The translations under genes and the position numbers were made by a program. Positions 1 to 9,961 of a stretch of DNA of 64,000 nucleotides are shown here, piece by piece. Position 1 is the stretch's first letter, and each line of letters opens with the position of its first letter. The notes beneath the pieces were generated by a model. That model saw nothing but the letters and a program-made list of their open reading frames with translations. It had not been told where the DNA came from and made no database searches. Source of the stretch: Nitrosopumilus sp. (GTDB lineage: Archaea; Thermoproteota; Nitrososphaeria; Nitrososphaerales; Nitrosopumilaceae); contig OZ243974.1 in the NCBI GenBank assembly GCA_965214775.1, positions 1,632,001-1,696,000 on the forward strand, in the 5' to 3' direction.

Positions 1-533
1 ACATGCTTGCAGACGGGATCTCACCGATGACCCTGCTTGACACCGGCACGAATCCTGATACGCCGGGAAAGATCCTGCTTGCAGACGGCGCATACGGCTC
101 AAGGAAGAACGTAGCCGAGTGCCACAAGCGCGGTATAAAACCACTCATACGGCTTTTGACAAGCTGTAATGCAAGGGGCAAGGGCACCGGCGACAAGTGG
201 GGCATGCTTGTACGGTGGCAGCTTGGGGGCGGCCCCGAGATGCCGGTGGGTGATCTCTCAAAGGAGGAAAGACAGGAGAACCTGCGGTACTCGAAGAGCA
301 CGGTCGGCTTTGGCAGCAGATGGATAGTCGAGATCGTGATATCGTCCATAAAGCGCATGTTCGGCGAGGGCGTAATGGCCCTCAAGTGGTCCAATGTGGT
401 GCAGGAGGTAAAGCTGAGGATATGGCTGTACAACAAGTGAATTGCAGAGGCGGTGGCTGCCATGTAGGAACCTAGTGCCGGTAGTGATCCGGGCGGACTG
501 ACTTGGCTCTAGTCGGAGTTATGCAACAGACTA
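1..533 (+). mobile_element. IS5 family (IS903-like) insertion sequence, right part, running off the window start
   Basis: C-terminal DDE transposase ORF followed by the terminal repeat GAGTTATGCAACAGACTA (516-533), which resembles IS903-group ends; the same end bounds MITE family M1. Confidence 0.8.
3..440 (+). CDS. IS5-family DDE transposase, C-terminal part (partial; possibly a premature stop)
   Basis: LADGAYGS (second Asp) and RWIVEIVISSIKRMFGE (Glu motif); the frame continues IAEAVAAM after the TGA. Confidence 0.8.
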   Translation: MLADGISPMTLLDTGTNPDTPGKILLADGAYGSRKNVAECHKRGIKPLIRLLTSCNARGKGTGDKWGMLVRWQLGGGPEMPVGDLSKEERQENLRYSKSTVGFGSRWIVEIVISSIKRMFGEGVMALKWSNVVQEVKLRIWLYNK

Positions 534-555
534 TATTCTAGCGGGGTTCTCACCA

Positions 556-648
556 ACGAGATGCATGCGGCAGCTTGGCCTGATCGACGCATTTGCGCTT
601 GGAAAAGCCTGCGTACTTCTTAGTCACGGTCGATTACGCATAAAGTCT
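556..648 (+). mobile_element. Right-end relic of an ISL2-type element
   Basis: Aligns with 29157-29249 and ends in the terminal repeat GATTACGCATAAAGTCT. Confidence 0.75.
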
Positions 649-690
649 ATTACAAACAATGTCAAAAGAGATCTTTCTTTAGGCGAATAG

Positions 691-1647
691 TCATTTAAAA
701 TGATTCCAGCCACGATCGCTTAGAATCGTTTTTTTATTTTCTTGCTCCAACCAGACGCCTTTTCCAGGTGATGACACGCGGCCTATCTCGATAATCGGCG
801 TCTTGAGAGATTTTGCTATCTCTAAGACCTTTGTCTTGTATTTCGGATTTATCGTAAAAACAAACTCGTATTCTTCACCTCCGTGAAAAACAAGATCGAT
901 TAGCTGTCTCCTAGTTTTGACATGTTCCTGAATCTCCTTTCTAACTGGAAGGTTTGTTATGCAAAATGCTTTCTTACTTTGCTCTGCCATTGTATTTAGG
1001 GTTGTAGAAAGGCCATCACTGGAATCCATTGCAGATGAAAAGTATTTTCTGGATTTTAATGCAAAATCCAGTCTTGGCTTGGGTTTTAGAAAACAATTGA
1101 TTGATTTTGAGACAATCCTGTCTTCTTGCTTTCTGGTGCCATTTAGAAGAAGACTCTTTAGACCTAAAGACGTATAGCCAAACGGCCCTGTTACAAAAAT
1201 CAAGTCGCCTTTCCTTGAGCCTCCTCTTGTGACTATGCTTTTGGACTTGCCAAAAACACATACGTTAAACACTATCTCTTTTCCCTGATTCGTGTCACCT
1301 CCAACAATAGAAATCCCAAATTCCTGAGACGCTTTTTTGAATCCGTCTGCAATATCATTTACCGCGTTTTTGGAAATGGTTTTGGGCAAATTTACCGAAA
1401 TTATGCCGTATTCGGGCTTGACTCCCTTGGAGGCAAAATCGCTAACGCATGCAGCAACACTTTTTCTTGCAGCGTCTTTTAGTCCCATTTTTTGAGGAAT
1501 GTCAGAACTCTGAACCAGCGTGTCTGTCTTTACAAAAATTTTTTCCTGACCGAACCGAATCGTTTCAACGTCTTCTGAAACGAAATTTTCATTCCCGAAT
1601 TTTTTTTGAAAAATGCCGATTATTGCAGCCTCATCCAACCTTTTCAT
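691..1647 (-). CDS. thiL: Thiamine-monophosphate kinase
   Basis: KTDTLV, SDFASKG, VGGDT, AMDSSDGL and GGEEYEFVFT motifs; alternative ATG at 1656. Confidence 0.92.
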   Translation of the reverse strand: MKRLDEAAIIGIFQKKFGNENFVSEDVETIRFGQEKIFVKTDTLVQSSDIPQKMGLKDAARKSVAACVSDFASKGVKPEYGIISVNLPKTISKNAVNDIADGFKKASQEFGISIVGGDTNQGKEIVFNVCVFGKSKSIVTRGGSRKGDLIFVTGPFGYTSLGLKSLLLNGTRKQEDRIVSKSINCFLKPKPRLDFALKSRKYFSSAMDSSDGLSTTLNTMAEQSKKAFCITNLPVRKEIQEHVKTRRQLIDLVFHGGEEYEFVFTINPKYKTKVLEIAKSLKTPIIEIGRVSSPGKGVWLEQENKKTILSDRGWNHFK

Positions 1648-2935
1648 GACTCTCATCCACCATTTTTATCCAGTCTTTGACAATTTTTTTGCACCTGTCT
1701 GAACTTTTTGATTCCCCAGACACTCTAATGACGTCTTCTGTATTTGATTTTCTAATTAGAATCCAGCTATCCTCGTCAATTATCCCTTTTAATCCATCCA
1801 ACGTACTGGTCTCAGAAAACTCTTTTTCAAATTTTAATTGCAAGTTTTGAATTACCTTGTCATGTGATGCTGAATCAACGCTTGTCTTGTCCCTAACCTG
1901 CGAATAACTTTCCATGTAACTTGTAACTTCATCAAAATTTGAACTGCCCGACATTGATGCAATTAGCCCACTGGTAAGAATTCCCTCTCTGCAATAGTTG
2001 AACTCAGGTAAAACAAACCCGCCACTGCTTCCCTCGCCCCCGGCCTGGGCATTTGTTTTTAGCATTAAATCAATGACATTGGCTTCCCCGACTTTGGATA
2101 TTTGAGCATTGCCTCCTTTCTCCTTGATGAACTTTTCTACAGCAACGCTTGTGTCAATACTTAGAACAAAATTTTTGCAACCCAGTTCCAGAGACTTTGC
2201 AACGCCTAGTCCCAAAGTCACATCCGGGCTCTGTTTTTTACCGTCTCTTACAACAACCAGGCGATCTCCGTCTAAATCAAAAGCAAATCCCAGTTGATTC
2301 TTCTTTGAGTGTTCACGCAGATCAGTCAGGTCATCTGCAGTTGGATCGGGCCCCCTTGAACTGTTTTCCAGTTTTTCATTAATTGTGGTTACCTTGCAAC
2401 CGATTCTTTCTAACAGGGTTGGAGCAGTTTTACTAGCCGCCCCACCGCCAATATCTATGACTATTTCTGGCTGACTGTTAACTTTGCCCAAGATTTTCTC
2501 TGCATCCTCAACATATGAGGAGGAAGAAATCTCAAACTCGTTTCCTATGTATGATACTGAAGGATTTTCTTGATGCTCAACAATGCAGGGCAATTCTTTT
2601 TCATTGATTCCTCTTCCATCGATAACGAATTTCATTCCGTTCCACTCAATTGGATTGTGCGATGCCGAAATAATCAGTCCAGAACCATATCTTCTTGCCT
2701 CTCTAAAAACAACCGGCGTTGGAACCGTCCCCAAATCAAAGACATCGATTCCGTTTTTCATCAGTGCGGCTTTTGCCGTTTCTTTGATCATGCCTCCCGA
2801 AGGACGCGTATCATTTCCTATGACGCACTTCCTTGACTGAATCAACGTTGAAAAATTACCTGCAAATTCTAGCACATCCTTCAGGCGTAAATCTTCCCCA
2901 AAGATTCCCCTAATTCCGGAAATTGTTTTTCTCAA
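1631..2935 (-). CDS. Phosphohexomutase (phosphomannomutase/phosphoglucosamine mutase family)
   Basis: SGIRG, SASHNP phosphoserine loop, FDLDGDR metal loop, GGEGSSGG, RKSNTE. Confidence 0.92.
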   Translation of the reverse strand: MRKTISGIRGIFGEDLRLKDVLEFAGNFSTLIQSRKCVIGNDTRPSGGMIKETAKAALMKNGIDVFDLGTVPTPVVFREARRYGSGLIISASHNPIEWNGMKFVIDGRGINEKELPCIVEHQENPSVSYIGNEFEISSSSYVEDAEKILGKVNSQPEIVIDIGGGAASKTAPTLLERIGCKVTTINEKLENSSRGPDPTADDLTDLREHSKKNQLGFAFDLDGDRLVVVRDGKKQSPDVTLGLGVAKSLELGCKNFVLSIDTSVAVEKFIKEKGGNAQISKVGEANVIDLMLKTNAQAGGEGSSGGFVLPEFNYCREGILTSGLIASMSGSSNFDEVTSYMESYSQVRDKTSVDSASHDKVIQNLQLKFEKEFSETSTLDGLKGIIDEDSWILIRKSNTEDVIRVSGESKSSDRCKKIVKDWIKMVDESHEKVG

Positions 2936-2988
2936 TCAATCCCACTCGGAAATGCTTTTTATTAACTCTGATGGATTTATCCAAACAT

Positions 2989-3062
2989 GCCTTGGTAGCT
3001 CAGCCCGGTAGAGCGAACGCCTCGTAAGCGTTAGGTCGCGAGATCATAGCTCGCCCAAGGCT
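2989..3062 (+). tRNA. tRNA-Thr(CGT)
   Basis: Acceptor stem GCCTTGG/CCAAGGC, anticodon arm AACGC-CTCGTAA-GCGTT, T arm GCGAG/CTCGC. Confidence 0.92.
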
Positions 3063-3640
3063 TTTGTTTTTGTATGGTTTTCTGTTGCTGCTGCTGCTGC
3101 TGATACGTTGCCAAATTTCATTGTGATGCAGCAGGGGCTGTCGCCCAATTCCGTCTGCTTGACTCAATCTGCACGTTTTTCTGAATTTCTGCCCTTTGCA
3201 TGTCTGATCCACATGGCATCACAACGGTTTTCAGGAATTCTGACGAATTAGGCGGTGACCCCGGGCCACTAGATTCAGTCTGAGAGTCTTGAATTAATGG
3301 AATTTCTTTTTAAAAAACCCCCGATTTTCTTTTTAATTTTATAATCTAGAGCTCGCATTGGCTAGACCCATGCACGGAACGATGGTAGTAGAACAGGCAC
3401 GGAGGGCAGTGGCCTAATGCAGTACCCTTGTTTCTAGTTGGAGTATGTTTTCGTGTCGGGTAATTTGGTTCCATCGTGCTTGATACGAATCAAATTTTAA
3501 TCCATTCTATGAGATCAAAGTCGTTCTTATCATGGAATGCCTTCTCCTATCAAAAACAACGATCAACAAAGAAATATTCTTAAATCATAAAGCCGAACAA
3601 AAATCCTCGTGCAAAACTTTTCTATTTTGGAGGAAGATCC

Positions 3641-5458
3641 ATGAGTCTCTCTGATACTCTTACTAAATATCGTGAGGCACTAGTCGCATCCCAAGATAGA
3701 CAACAAGCGATCTATGATTCAAGAAGCGACAAGGTGGGCGACTTTTACAATTCATTTCTGAACCAGCTTGTCAGAAAATATGAAAACAAGGTAGGAGATA
3801 AGGACTGGGAAAAAAATGTCTTGGATAACTTTAAGAATTTTTTTGGAACTGACAACCCGACATTTGTTGCAGTAGATGGAACCTCTGATAAAATACAACT
3901 AGAAGAATATGCGGTATTTTTTGCAGCATCCTACGGTGTTAAAGGAACGTTCTCGCTAGATGGCAAAAACTCTGTAGAATATGAGAGACGTGATATCCAT
4001 GACGAGCTAAGTATGGTGGCATATGTCCCGATACCCTTTGCAGAATTGGAGGATGTTGATTTTAGCCAGATTGATGATGACAATAGATTCTCCATGATAG
4101 ACATTCACAACCGACTTATGATTTTGGCTGAAATCTATCTTTTGTATAATGAAATCAAATCCGAAAACCATCCAAACATCCTGCTTTGGGACCAGACCTT
4201 TAGTGGAATGTTTCACTGGCGCGCACCTCCCATCAAAGACGTGCCAATGATAATCAATGCCTATGAGCATAATGGCAGAAAGCTTACCATTGCAGATGCA
4301 CTGATTTCCCGTTCACATCCATACAACGCTGACCTTAATACTCCTGCCCCTTCCAAGGGGTTTTTTAACATGCCCAACAGAATTCTTTATGAGCTTTTTA
4401 ATTCCCACACTAGAGAAGCAAAAATCTCAGAGCTTGCGACACTGTTTGGCGAATCTGAGGCAGAACTCAGGCGTGTAATTGAGAGGTTTATCCAAAATCT
4501 AAGGGTCGGAGATGAAATTACAAGTACCAATTGTCTAGAATATGAAAAATCATCAGATGCAATACGTCTGAATCCAAGATACTGGGATTCTTGGGATTTT
4601 GTGGTAGGGCTGGTTGAAAGTCTGTGCACTAAAATCTTTAGTGAGAAAGATGCCAAGGCATTGACCTACTCGGGAAAATGGGTTACAACAGTAGACATTG
4701 ATTTTATGGTATCCATCTTGCTTAGAAAAATTATTGAAATAAGTTGGGAGCAAAATGTTTTGCTAATTGGCGTGGTAAAGGATTCTGCGTCAAAATATTT
4801 TATTCGAAACTATCTTGGCGTGATGAAAAAAGAAAGCCATTATTCTGATTACGAAATACTTGATTTGTACGGTCTTTTGTGGTCTGACAGGCTTACAATG
4901 GAACATCTGCCCATAGAAGATGAGAGTCTTAATGCCCCATGGGCTACAGTGGAATATGACTCTATTTTTCAAATACTGTATCTTTCAACAAAGACTGAAA
5001 CTCAAGAGGCATACATTAGAACAGTCCCGACCTCTGAGAGAATCTTTGCCAGGCATCTGTCACTGTTATTTTCAACAAGACAAAAAGGAAAGGTAATTTT
5101 CAATCATATGTTGTTTGTTGATAGGGCGCTACTTCCAAAATTTGATCTAGGAAAAATTAACAACTATTCAATTCCTGCAAATGCAAACGAGGTTAAGGTA
5201 ACTGTTGATCCTTTTGTTGACCTAAACAGCTCTGAACCCAATGCTGTTCAAGACTTTGTAACCCTGTTTTTACACAACATTACATCCAACAGATTCCCCG
5301 ACGTAATAGGATATCCTGAGCCGTTACACAAGGCAGATCTGGGAGCCAAAACGTTTAATCGAATGGTACAGCCAATGATCCGAAGCAGCACCATGATGTA
5401 TGGCAGAAGCTCAAAACCGTGGTCAAAGTCAATCCGTGCAAAGAGGAAATTCAAGTGA
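3641..5458 (+). CDS. NurA-like nuclease (large, with a possible HTH insertion)
   Basis: FVAVDGT, LLWDQT, LIGVVKDS and C-terminal GYPEPLHKAD match the NurA motif layout; preceded by GGAGG; adjacent to a HerA-like gene. Confidence 0.75.
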   Translation: MSLSDTLTKYREALVASQDRQQAIYDSRSDKVGDFYNSFLNQLVRKYENKVGDKDWEKNVLDNFKNFFGTDNPTFVAVDGTSDKIQLEEYAVFFAASYGVKGTFSLDGKNSVEYERRDIHDELSMVAYVPIPFAELEDVDFSQIDDDNRFSMIDIHNRLMILAEIYLLYNEIKSENHPNILLWDQTFSGMFHWRAPPIKDVPMIINAYEHNGRKLTIADALISRSHPYNADLNTPAPSKGFFNMPNRILYELFNSHTREAKISELATLFGESEAELRRVIERFIQNLRVGDEITSTNCLEYEKSSDAIRLNPRYWDSWDFVVGLVESLCTKIFSEKDAKALTYSGKWVTTVDIDFMVSILLRKIIEISWEQNVLLIGVVKDSASKYFIRNYLGVMKKESHYSDYEILDLYGLLWSDRLTMEHLPIEDESLNAPWATVEYDSIFQILYLSTKTETQEAYIRTVPTSERIFARHLSLLFSTRQKGKVIFNHMLFVDRALLPKFDLGKINNYSIPANANEVKVTVDPFVDLNSSEPNAVQDFVTLFLHNITSNRFPDVIGYPEPLHKADLGAKTFNRMVQPMIRSSTMMYGRSSKPWSKSIRAKRKFK

Positions 5459-5463
5459 TACAA

Positions 5464-7227
5464 ATGTCTGAAAGCTCATTCCGTTCTGAAACTGGAAAAC
5501 TAATGGATGTCAGTTTTGATGAAAACTATGGATACCAGTACACGGTCTGGTTTGACTATACCAAGAAACTTATGCGTCAATTAAAGGCAGGAGATCTTTT
5601 ATCGGTGCCTAATTTCTCATATTCTGACGGTTCTGAGTGTTACAGCATTCTTAGCGCAACTTCGATAATGCCGTTTCACTATGCCACTGCAGGTGACCAA
5701 TTGGCAGGATATCCTGTGTTTTTAGAAAAAACCAGGGACGAGGCGTTCAAAGACTTTCTAAAACAAGACGAGGAATCTTCTGAGGAGACAACCAAAATCA
5801 GGGTAACTGCCGCACCAACCGGACTAGAACTTGTAACGAATCCTTCGATTCATACGCAAGAGGAATCCCAAATGCCTATTTTTGGTGGAGAGGCAAGAAT
5901 TCTTGATGTTGGGTTGGTTGGAAATATTTTCAACAGCGGTTTGGAAAATGAAAAAACCATTACCATTGGCAATCTTAGAAAAGGCGACATTGGCATTGAT
6001 TTGAAAATCGACGATATGATTAGAACCCATATAGGAATTTTTGGATATACTGGAACCGGAAAATCCAATCTTGTCAGCACGCTGGTCCACAAACTTTTGC
6101 AGCAAAGCCAAGTTCCTGTAAATATCGTAATATTTGACTTGATGGGCGAGTACACTGCATTACTTGCAGATGTGTTAGATGAGGTCAATGGTTACATGTG
6201 TTTTCTTGGGAAAGACTCTCTGCCGAATCCAGTCCAAAAATACATGACAGACAAAAAAGATTTGGATCAAGCTCGAGATGCATTTATCCGAAACATGCAT
6301 GTGCCGGCCCCGTTACGAACTTATTCTATGACTGACAAATACCAAAGGATTGTCAAGAATTTGCTCTCTAATGGAAAAATCAAACTGCTTATTGAACAAT
6401 ATGAAACAATAGGTCAATTTTTAGAAGAAAACGTTTCAAAGCATATTTCTTCTCAGGAATCAAAGCAAATGATGGGAAGAATCTTTGGGACTTACAAATC
6501 CAAACCCTTTGAAAAAGCAAACATGGAATCCTTGGTAAACTATCTAAAACAAGAATCATCGAACGTTGAAAAATCAGGCTCACAAACTATTTTGGAGGGA
6601 TGGATTAAAGCTGCAAGCAAGCATTCGGACTTTTTTGAGCCGTTAGATGAGTTCAAAGTGGATAGAAACAAGGATCTGGTAGATCCCCTGCTTGATCAGG
6701 AGAAGGAGGCAAAACCCTCCCTTTACATTGTTCAAAGTGAAGACGAGGATTCCATTCGAAAATTTGCGTATAACATCACGGCCAATCCAAAGCATAGCGT
6801 GTATGCAGAGAGACGCAAAAACGGTCTAAACTCGCCCCTGACTTTGTTTATCTTTGATGAGGCAGACGAATTCATTCCGCAAGACCCATCAGGTACCTAC
6901 AAGCTGTCTACTGAAGCAGTTGAAACTTTAGCCCGAAGAGGAAGGAAGTTTGGTTTGGGTGTTGCAATTGCAACTCAGAGGGTTACATATCTGAATACCA
7001 GTATTATGGCACAACCCCACACATACTTTATCAGCAAGTTGCCTAGGATGTCTGACAGGCAAAGGGTCACTGATGCATTTGGTACGTCTCAAGATGTAAT
7101 GCAGGAGACTTTTAAATTTAGAAAGGGTGATTGGCTGGCAATAAGCCACGATGCCACGGGTTTGAAGTCCGTTCCGATTCCGATTCATAGCGATAATGCT
7201 GAGGCAAGAATTCTTGGCTTGCCATAG
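5464..7227 (+). CDS. HerA/DUF87-family ATPase (FtsK-HerA superfamily)
   Basis: HIGIFGYTGTGKS Walker A, IFDLMGEY, IFDEADEF Walker B, ARRGRKFGLG arginine finger, ATQR; ATG 5464 preferred over GTG 5419. Confidence 0.88.
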   Translation: MSESSFRSETGKLMDVSFDENYGYQYTVWFDYTKKLMRQLKAGDLLSVPNFSYSDGSECYSILSATSIMPFHYATAGDQLAGYPVFLEKTRDEAFKDFLKQDEESSEETTKIRVTAAPTGLELVTNPSIHTQEESQMPIFGGEARILDVGLVGNIFNSGLENEKTITIGNLRKGDIGIDLKIDDMIRTHIGIFGYTGTGKSNLVSTLVHKLLQQSQVPVNIVIFDLMGEYTALLADVLDEVNGYMCFLGKDSLPNPVQKYMTDKKDLDQARDAFIRNMHVPAPLRTYSMTDKYQRIVKNLLSNGKIKLLIEQYETIGQFLEENVSKHISSQESKQMMGRIFGTYKSKPFEKANMESLVNYLKQESSNVEKSGSQTILEGWIKAASKHSDFFEPLDEFKVDRNKDLVDPLLDQEKEAKPSLYIVQSEDEDSIRKFAYNITANPKHSVYAERRKNGLNSPLTLFIFDEADEFIPQDPSGTYKLSTEAVETLARRGRKFGLGVAIATQRVTYLNTSIMAQPHTYFISKLPRMSDRQRVTDAFGTSQDVMQETFKFRKGDWLAISHDATGLKSVPIPIHSDNAEARILGLP

Positions 7228-7553
7228 TTTATAGGAGCCGTTTTACTAGATTGCCAGTCACGCACTGACAGTTTGAATGATTTGCTGAGGGACAGATCTG
7301 ACCATTCAAAAACGTGCTGGATGTTGAAATTTTTTGAAATCCTGGAATAAATTTCTGTTATGGCAAGAATACTTGCAAACCACTGAGGCCTCTTGCTGAC
7401 AATCTGAGCATGTTTTGGCTCTGATTTCTGCGTTTGCTATGTGGTGTTCTTTGGCCCTTTTGTGTATGGTGTTTGTTGGCCGACATAAAGACGGCTTTTA
7501 TTCAAAAGCAGCCATTTGTGAAAATCCTCCCGATCTGCGATCATCGAATCTGA

Positions 7554-7597
7554 CTCGTAAGCGTTCGGACGCCGATTCGCATCCTGTCTGAGGCTTT
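7554..7597 (+). repeat. Degenerate duplicate of the tRNA-Thr(CGT) 3' half (att-like island border)
   Basis: CTCGTAAGCGTT identical to 3021-3032, then an ungapped partial match ending AGGCTTT like 3058-3064. Confidence 0.65.
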
Positions 7598-7793
7598 AAT
7601 AATCATAATTTGGCTTTATAGAAAATTTCAGGGGTTATTCAGTGACAGTCTCAATGTCCGTCTCTAATTCTTTTGGCAAGCCGTCCCACCATTGTTTAGT
7701 TTCTTCAGTCATACTCCCCATTCATTTGCTAGAATTGTCCTTTATAGATCTGTCGGTTGGTTGGGATTTGATCAATTCTTGATAATTTGCAAA

Positions 7794-7985
7794 TTAATCC
7801 CGATCTGTTTTCTCTTCCTGCCTTCTTTTCATCCTTCTATACATGACGATCATCAGTGTGCCGCCTGCACATCCCCAAAACAATGGCGATAATCCCGGTT
7901 CAACGGTTGGCTGAAAAACACCCACAAAACTCAGTGACATGATTACAATTAAAACCAACCCTGAAATTTCAAGCATTTTTGCCAT
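7794..7985 (-). CDS. Small membrane protein with two predicted TM helices
   Basis: Two hydrophobic segments and a basic C-terminal tail. Confidence 0.6.
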   Translation of the reverse strand: MAKMLEISGLVLIVIMSLSFVGVFQPTVEPGLSPLFWGCAGGTLMIVMYRRMKRRQEEKTDRD

Positions 7986-8043
7986 GGCACTGAAATCAAC
8001 TGTGAAATCAAAAAGATATATGGTTTTGTAAACAGTCTAATTT

Positions 8044-8256
8044 ATGGACAAATATCTTACAGTAATCCTGATTTTTATGATGGTTGGAGTCCCGATCTCA
8101 TTTATCTCGCCTACGACTGGCGAATTAAGAGAAGATCCTCTATACCTGTTGTTTTATGCCTCTATTGGAGGAATGTGTTTTATAGTCGTTTATGGCTCAT
8201 ACAAAGACAGGGTAGAGCGCCAAAAGCGAAATGCTAGGAGAAGATCTGGGAAATAG
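8044..8256 (+). CDS. Small membrane protein with two predicted TM helices
   Basis: Two hydrophobic segments and a basic tail; divergent from its neighbour. Confidence 0.65.
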   Translation: MDKYLTVILIFMMVGVPISFISPTTGELREDPLYLLFYASIGGMCFIVVYGSYKDRVERQKRNARRRSGK

Positions 8257-8262
8257 TCGTAA

Positions 8263-8383
8263 CAGGCCCCCCGGGTTCTGGAAGCTCAGGCACGAATTTT
8301 GTCGCCAATGAGCGCCGATCAAATGGAATCTGTGCCTGAAATCAATGCATGCATCATCAGAAACGACCTTCAGAACTCATCAG
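8263..8383. mobile_element. MITE-like repeat, family M8
   Basis: Reverse-complement match to 11871-11985; imperfect terminal repeats around GTTCTG(G)AAG. Confidence 0.65.
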
Positions 8384-8536
8384 TTATGTTTTATTTCATG
8401 TTTTATGAAAAGGCAAACAGCGATCACATCTTGCTGATTTTTAGAGTGCATAAAGATTCAGAAAGACTCTGGAATGTTTGTGGATAATGCTGTACGCGAC
8501 GGCAGCCTTTTTAATTACATGCCTGTAGAGCCTGCC

Positions 8537-9940
8537 ATGATTAGACGCTTTTCCGCAGCAGGACTCTTTCTTGTTCTGGCTGTAGTGGCCCTTACTGCCA
8601 CCGCGTACGCAGAGGTGCCGCCCCCACCGCTAAAGCAGCTTGCAGCCGGCGTCTCTCCGGAGGATGTTTTGTGCAGGGAGGGGCTCGCGCTGGTCGTGCG
8701 TGGCGCCGATGACGCCATATGTGTGAGGGGGGAGACTGCCGAAAGGATGGGGTGGACTATAACCGTGCCAGATGCCGGCGCCGCCGAGTCCACGCGCCTG
8801 CTGCTGCAGGCCGGCGGCCTGATACCCGCCGAGATTTTAGACTATTCTGGGATCGTGACAGCAAACAACGGCTTTGCAGTCGACTTTTACTCCCGCGCCG
8901 CCGGGCAGGAGGGCCAAAACATCGTATTCTCGCCGTGGAGCATCTTCGGCGCCTTTGCACTCGCACACGAGGGGGCGGGGGGAGACACGAGGGACGAACT
9001 CACCGACGTGTTTGGATTTCCGGAGGAAAAGCGCACGCAGTTTGGCTCGGCAATGGCGGATCTGAACAGGCCCGACGCCGAGTACAGGCTGTCGGTTGCA
9101 AACGCGCTGTGGCTGGCAGAGTGGCTCGAGCCGCTAAAGGAGTACGTGCAGACTGCAAAAATACACTACGACAGCGGCGTGGAGAAGGTAAACTTTGGAT
9201 CCGGTGACACAGTCAAGACGATTAATGGATGGGTGTCAGATAACACCGGCGGCAAGATAGACGAGGTTCTGGCGCCTGGCTCCGTCGACGGCGCAACGGC
9301 TATGGTCATAACAAACGCAGTATACTTCAAGGGCGACTGGGTGAACACGTTTGACGAGTCTGCAACCATCGAGGACGACTCGTTCTGGGTGACCCCAGAC
9401 AAAAGGGTGGCAGTCCCGATGATGTACGCAAAGGAAGTCTACAGGCACGCAGACGTGGGCACGCACCAGGTCCTTGAGATGCCGTACGTGGGCGACCGTA
9501 TCTCCATGCTTGTGCTGCTGCCAAACGAAAAGGGCGGGATAGGCGAGCTAGAGGGGATGCTGAGCGCCGAGAGCCTCGAGGAGTGGAGGGGGGATCTTGT
9601 AGGTAAAAAACTGCAGGTCTATTTCCCAAAATTCAACCTTGATGTCTCGTACGACCTAAGATGGGATCTGTCGGCGATGGGCGTGACCTCGCTCTTTGAA
9701 GGGACAGCAGACCTTTCTGGCATCGCCGGCGAGGACGTGCAACTGTACGTGTCTAAAGCAATCCACAAGGCGTTCATAAACGTAAACGAAAAGGGGACGG
9801 AGGCAGGCGCTACGACTGCAATAGTAGCTACATCATCAGGGCCTCCGGCGTTTGTAGCAGACCACCCGTTTGTCTTTGTCATACAGGACACGGAGACGGG
9901 CAACATACTGTTCATCGGAAGGCTGTCTGACCCGTCCTAG
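8537..9940 (+). CDS. Secreted serpin with an N-terminal PPLKQ/Cys extension domain
   Basis: Signal peptide, NIVFSPWS, NAVYFKGDW, hinge EKGTEAGATT, FVADHPFVFVI, ILFIGR; GC-rich relative to flanks; ORF track start is 8474. Confidence 0.93.
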   Translation: MIRRFSAAGLFLVLAVVALTATAYAEVPPPPLKQLAAGVSPEDVLCREGLALVVRGADDAICVRGETAERMGWTITVPDAGAAESTRLLLQAGGLIPAEILDYSGIVTANNGFAVDFYSRAAGQEGQNIVFSPWSIFGAFALAHEGAGGDTRDELTDVFGFPEEKRTQFGSAMADLNRPDAEYRLSVANALWLAEWLEPLKEYVQTAKIHYDSGVEKVNFGSGDTVKTINGWVSDNTGGKIDEVLAPGSVDGATAMVITNAVYFKGDWVNTFDESATIEDDSFWVTPDKRVAVPMMYAKEVYRHADVGTHQVLEMPYVGDRISMLVLLPNEKGGIGELEGMLSAESLEEWRGDLVGKKLQVYFPKFNLDVSYDLRWDLSAMGVTSLFEGTADLSGIAGEDVQLYVSKAIHKAFINVNEKGTEAGATTAIVATSSGPPAFVADHPFVFVIQDTETGNILFIGRLSDPS

Positions 9941-9961
9941 GGGAATGGGATCCTGAATAAT

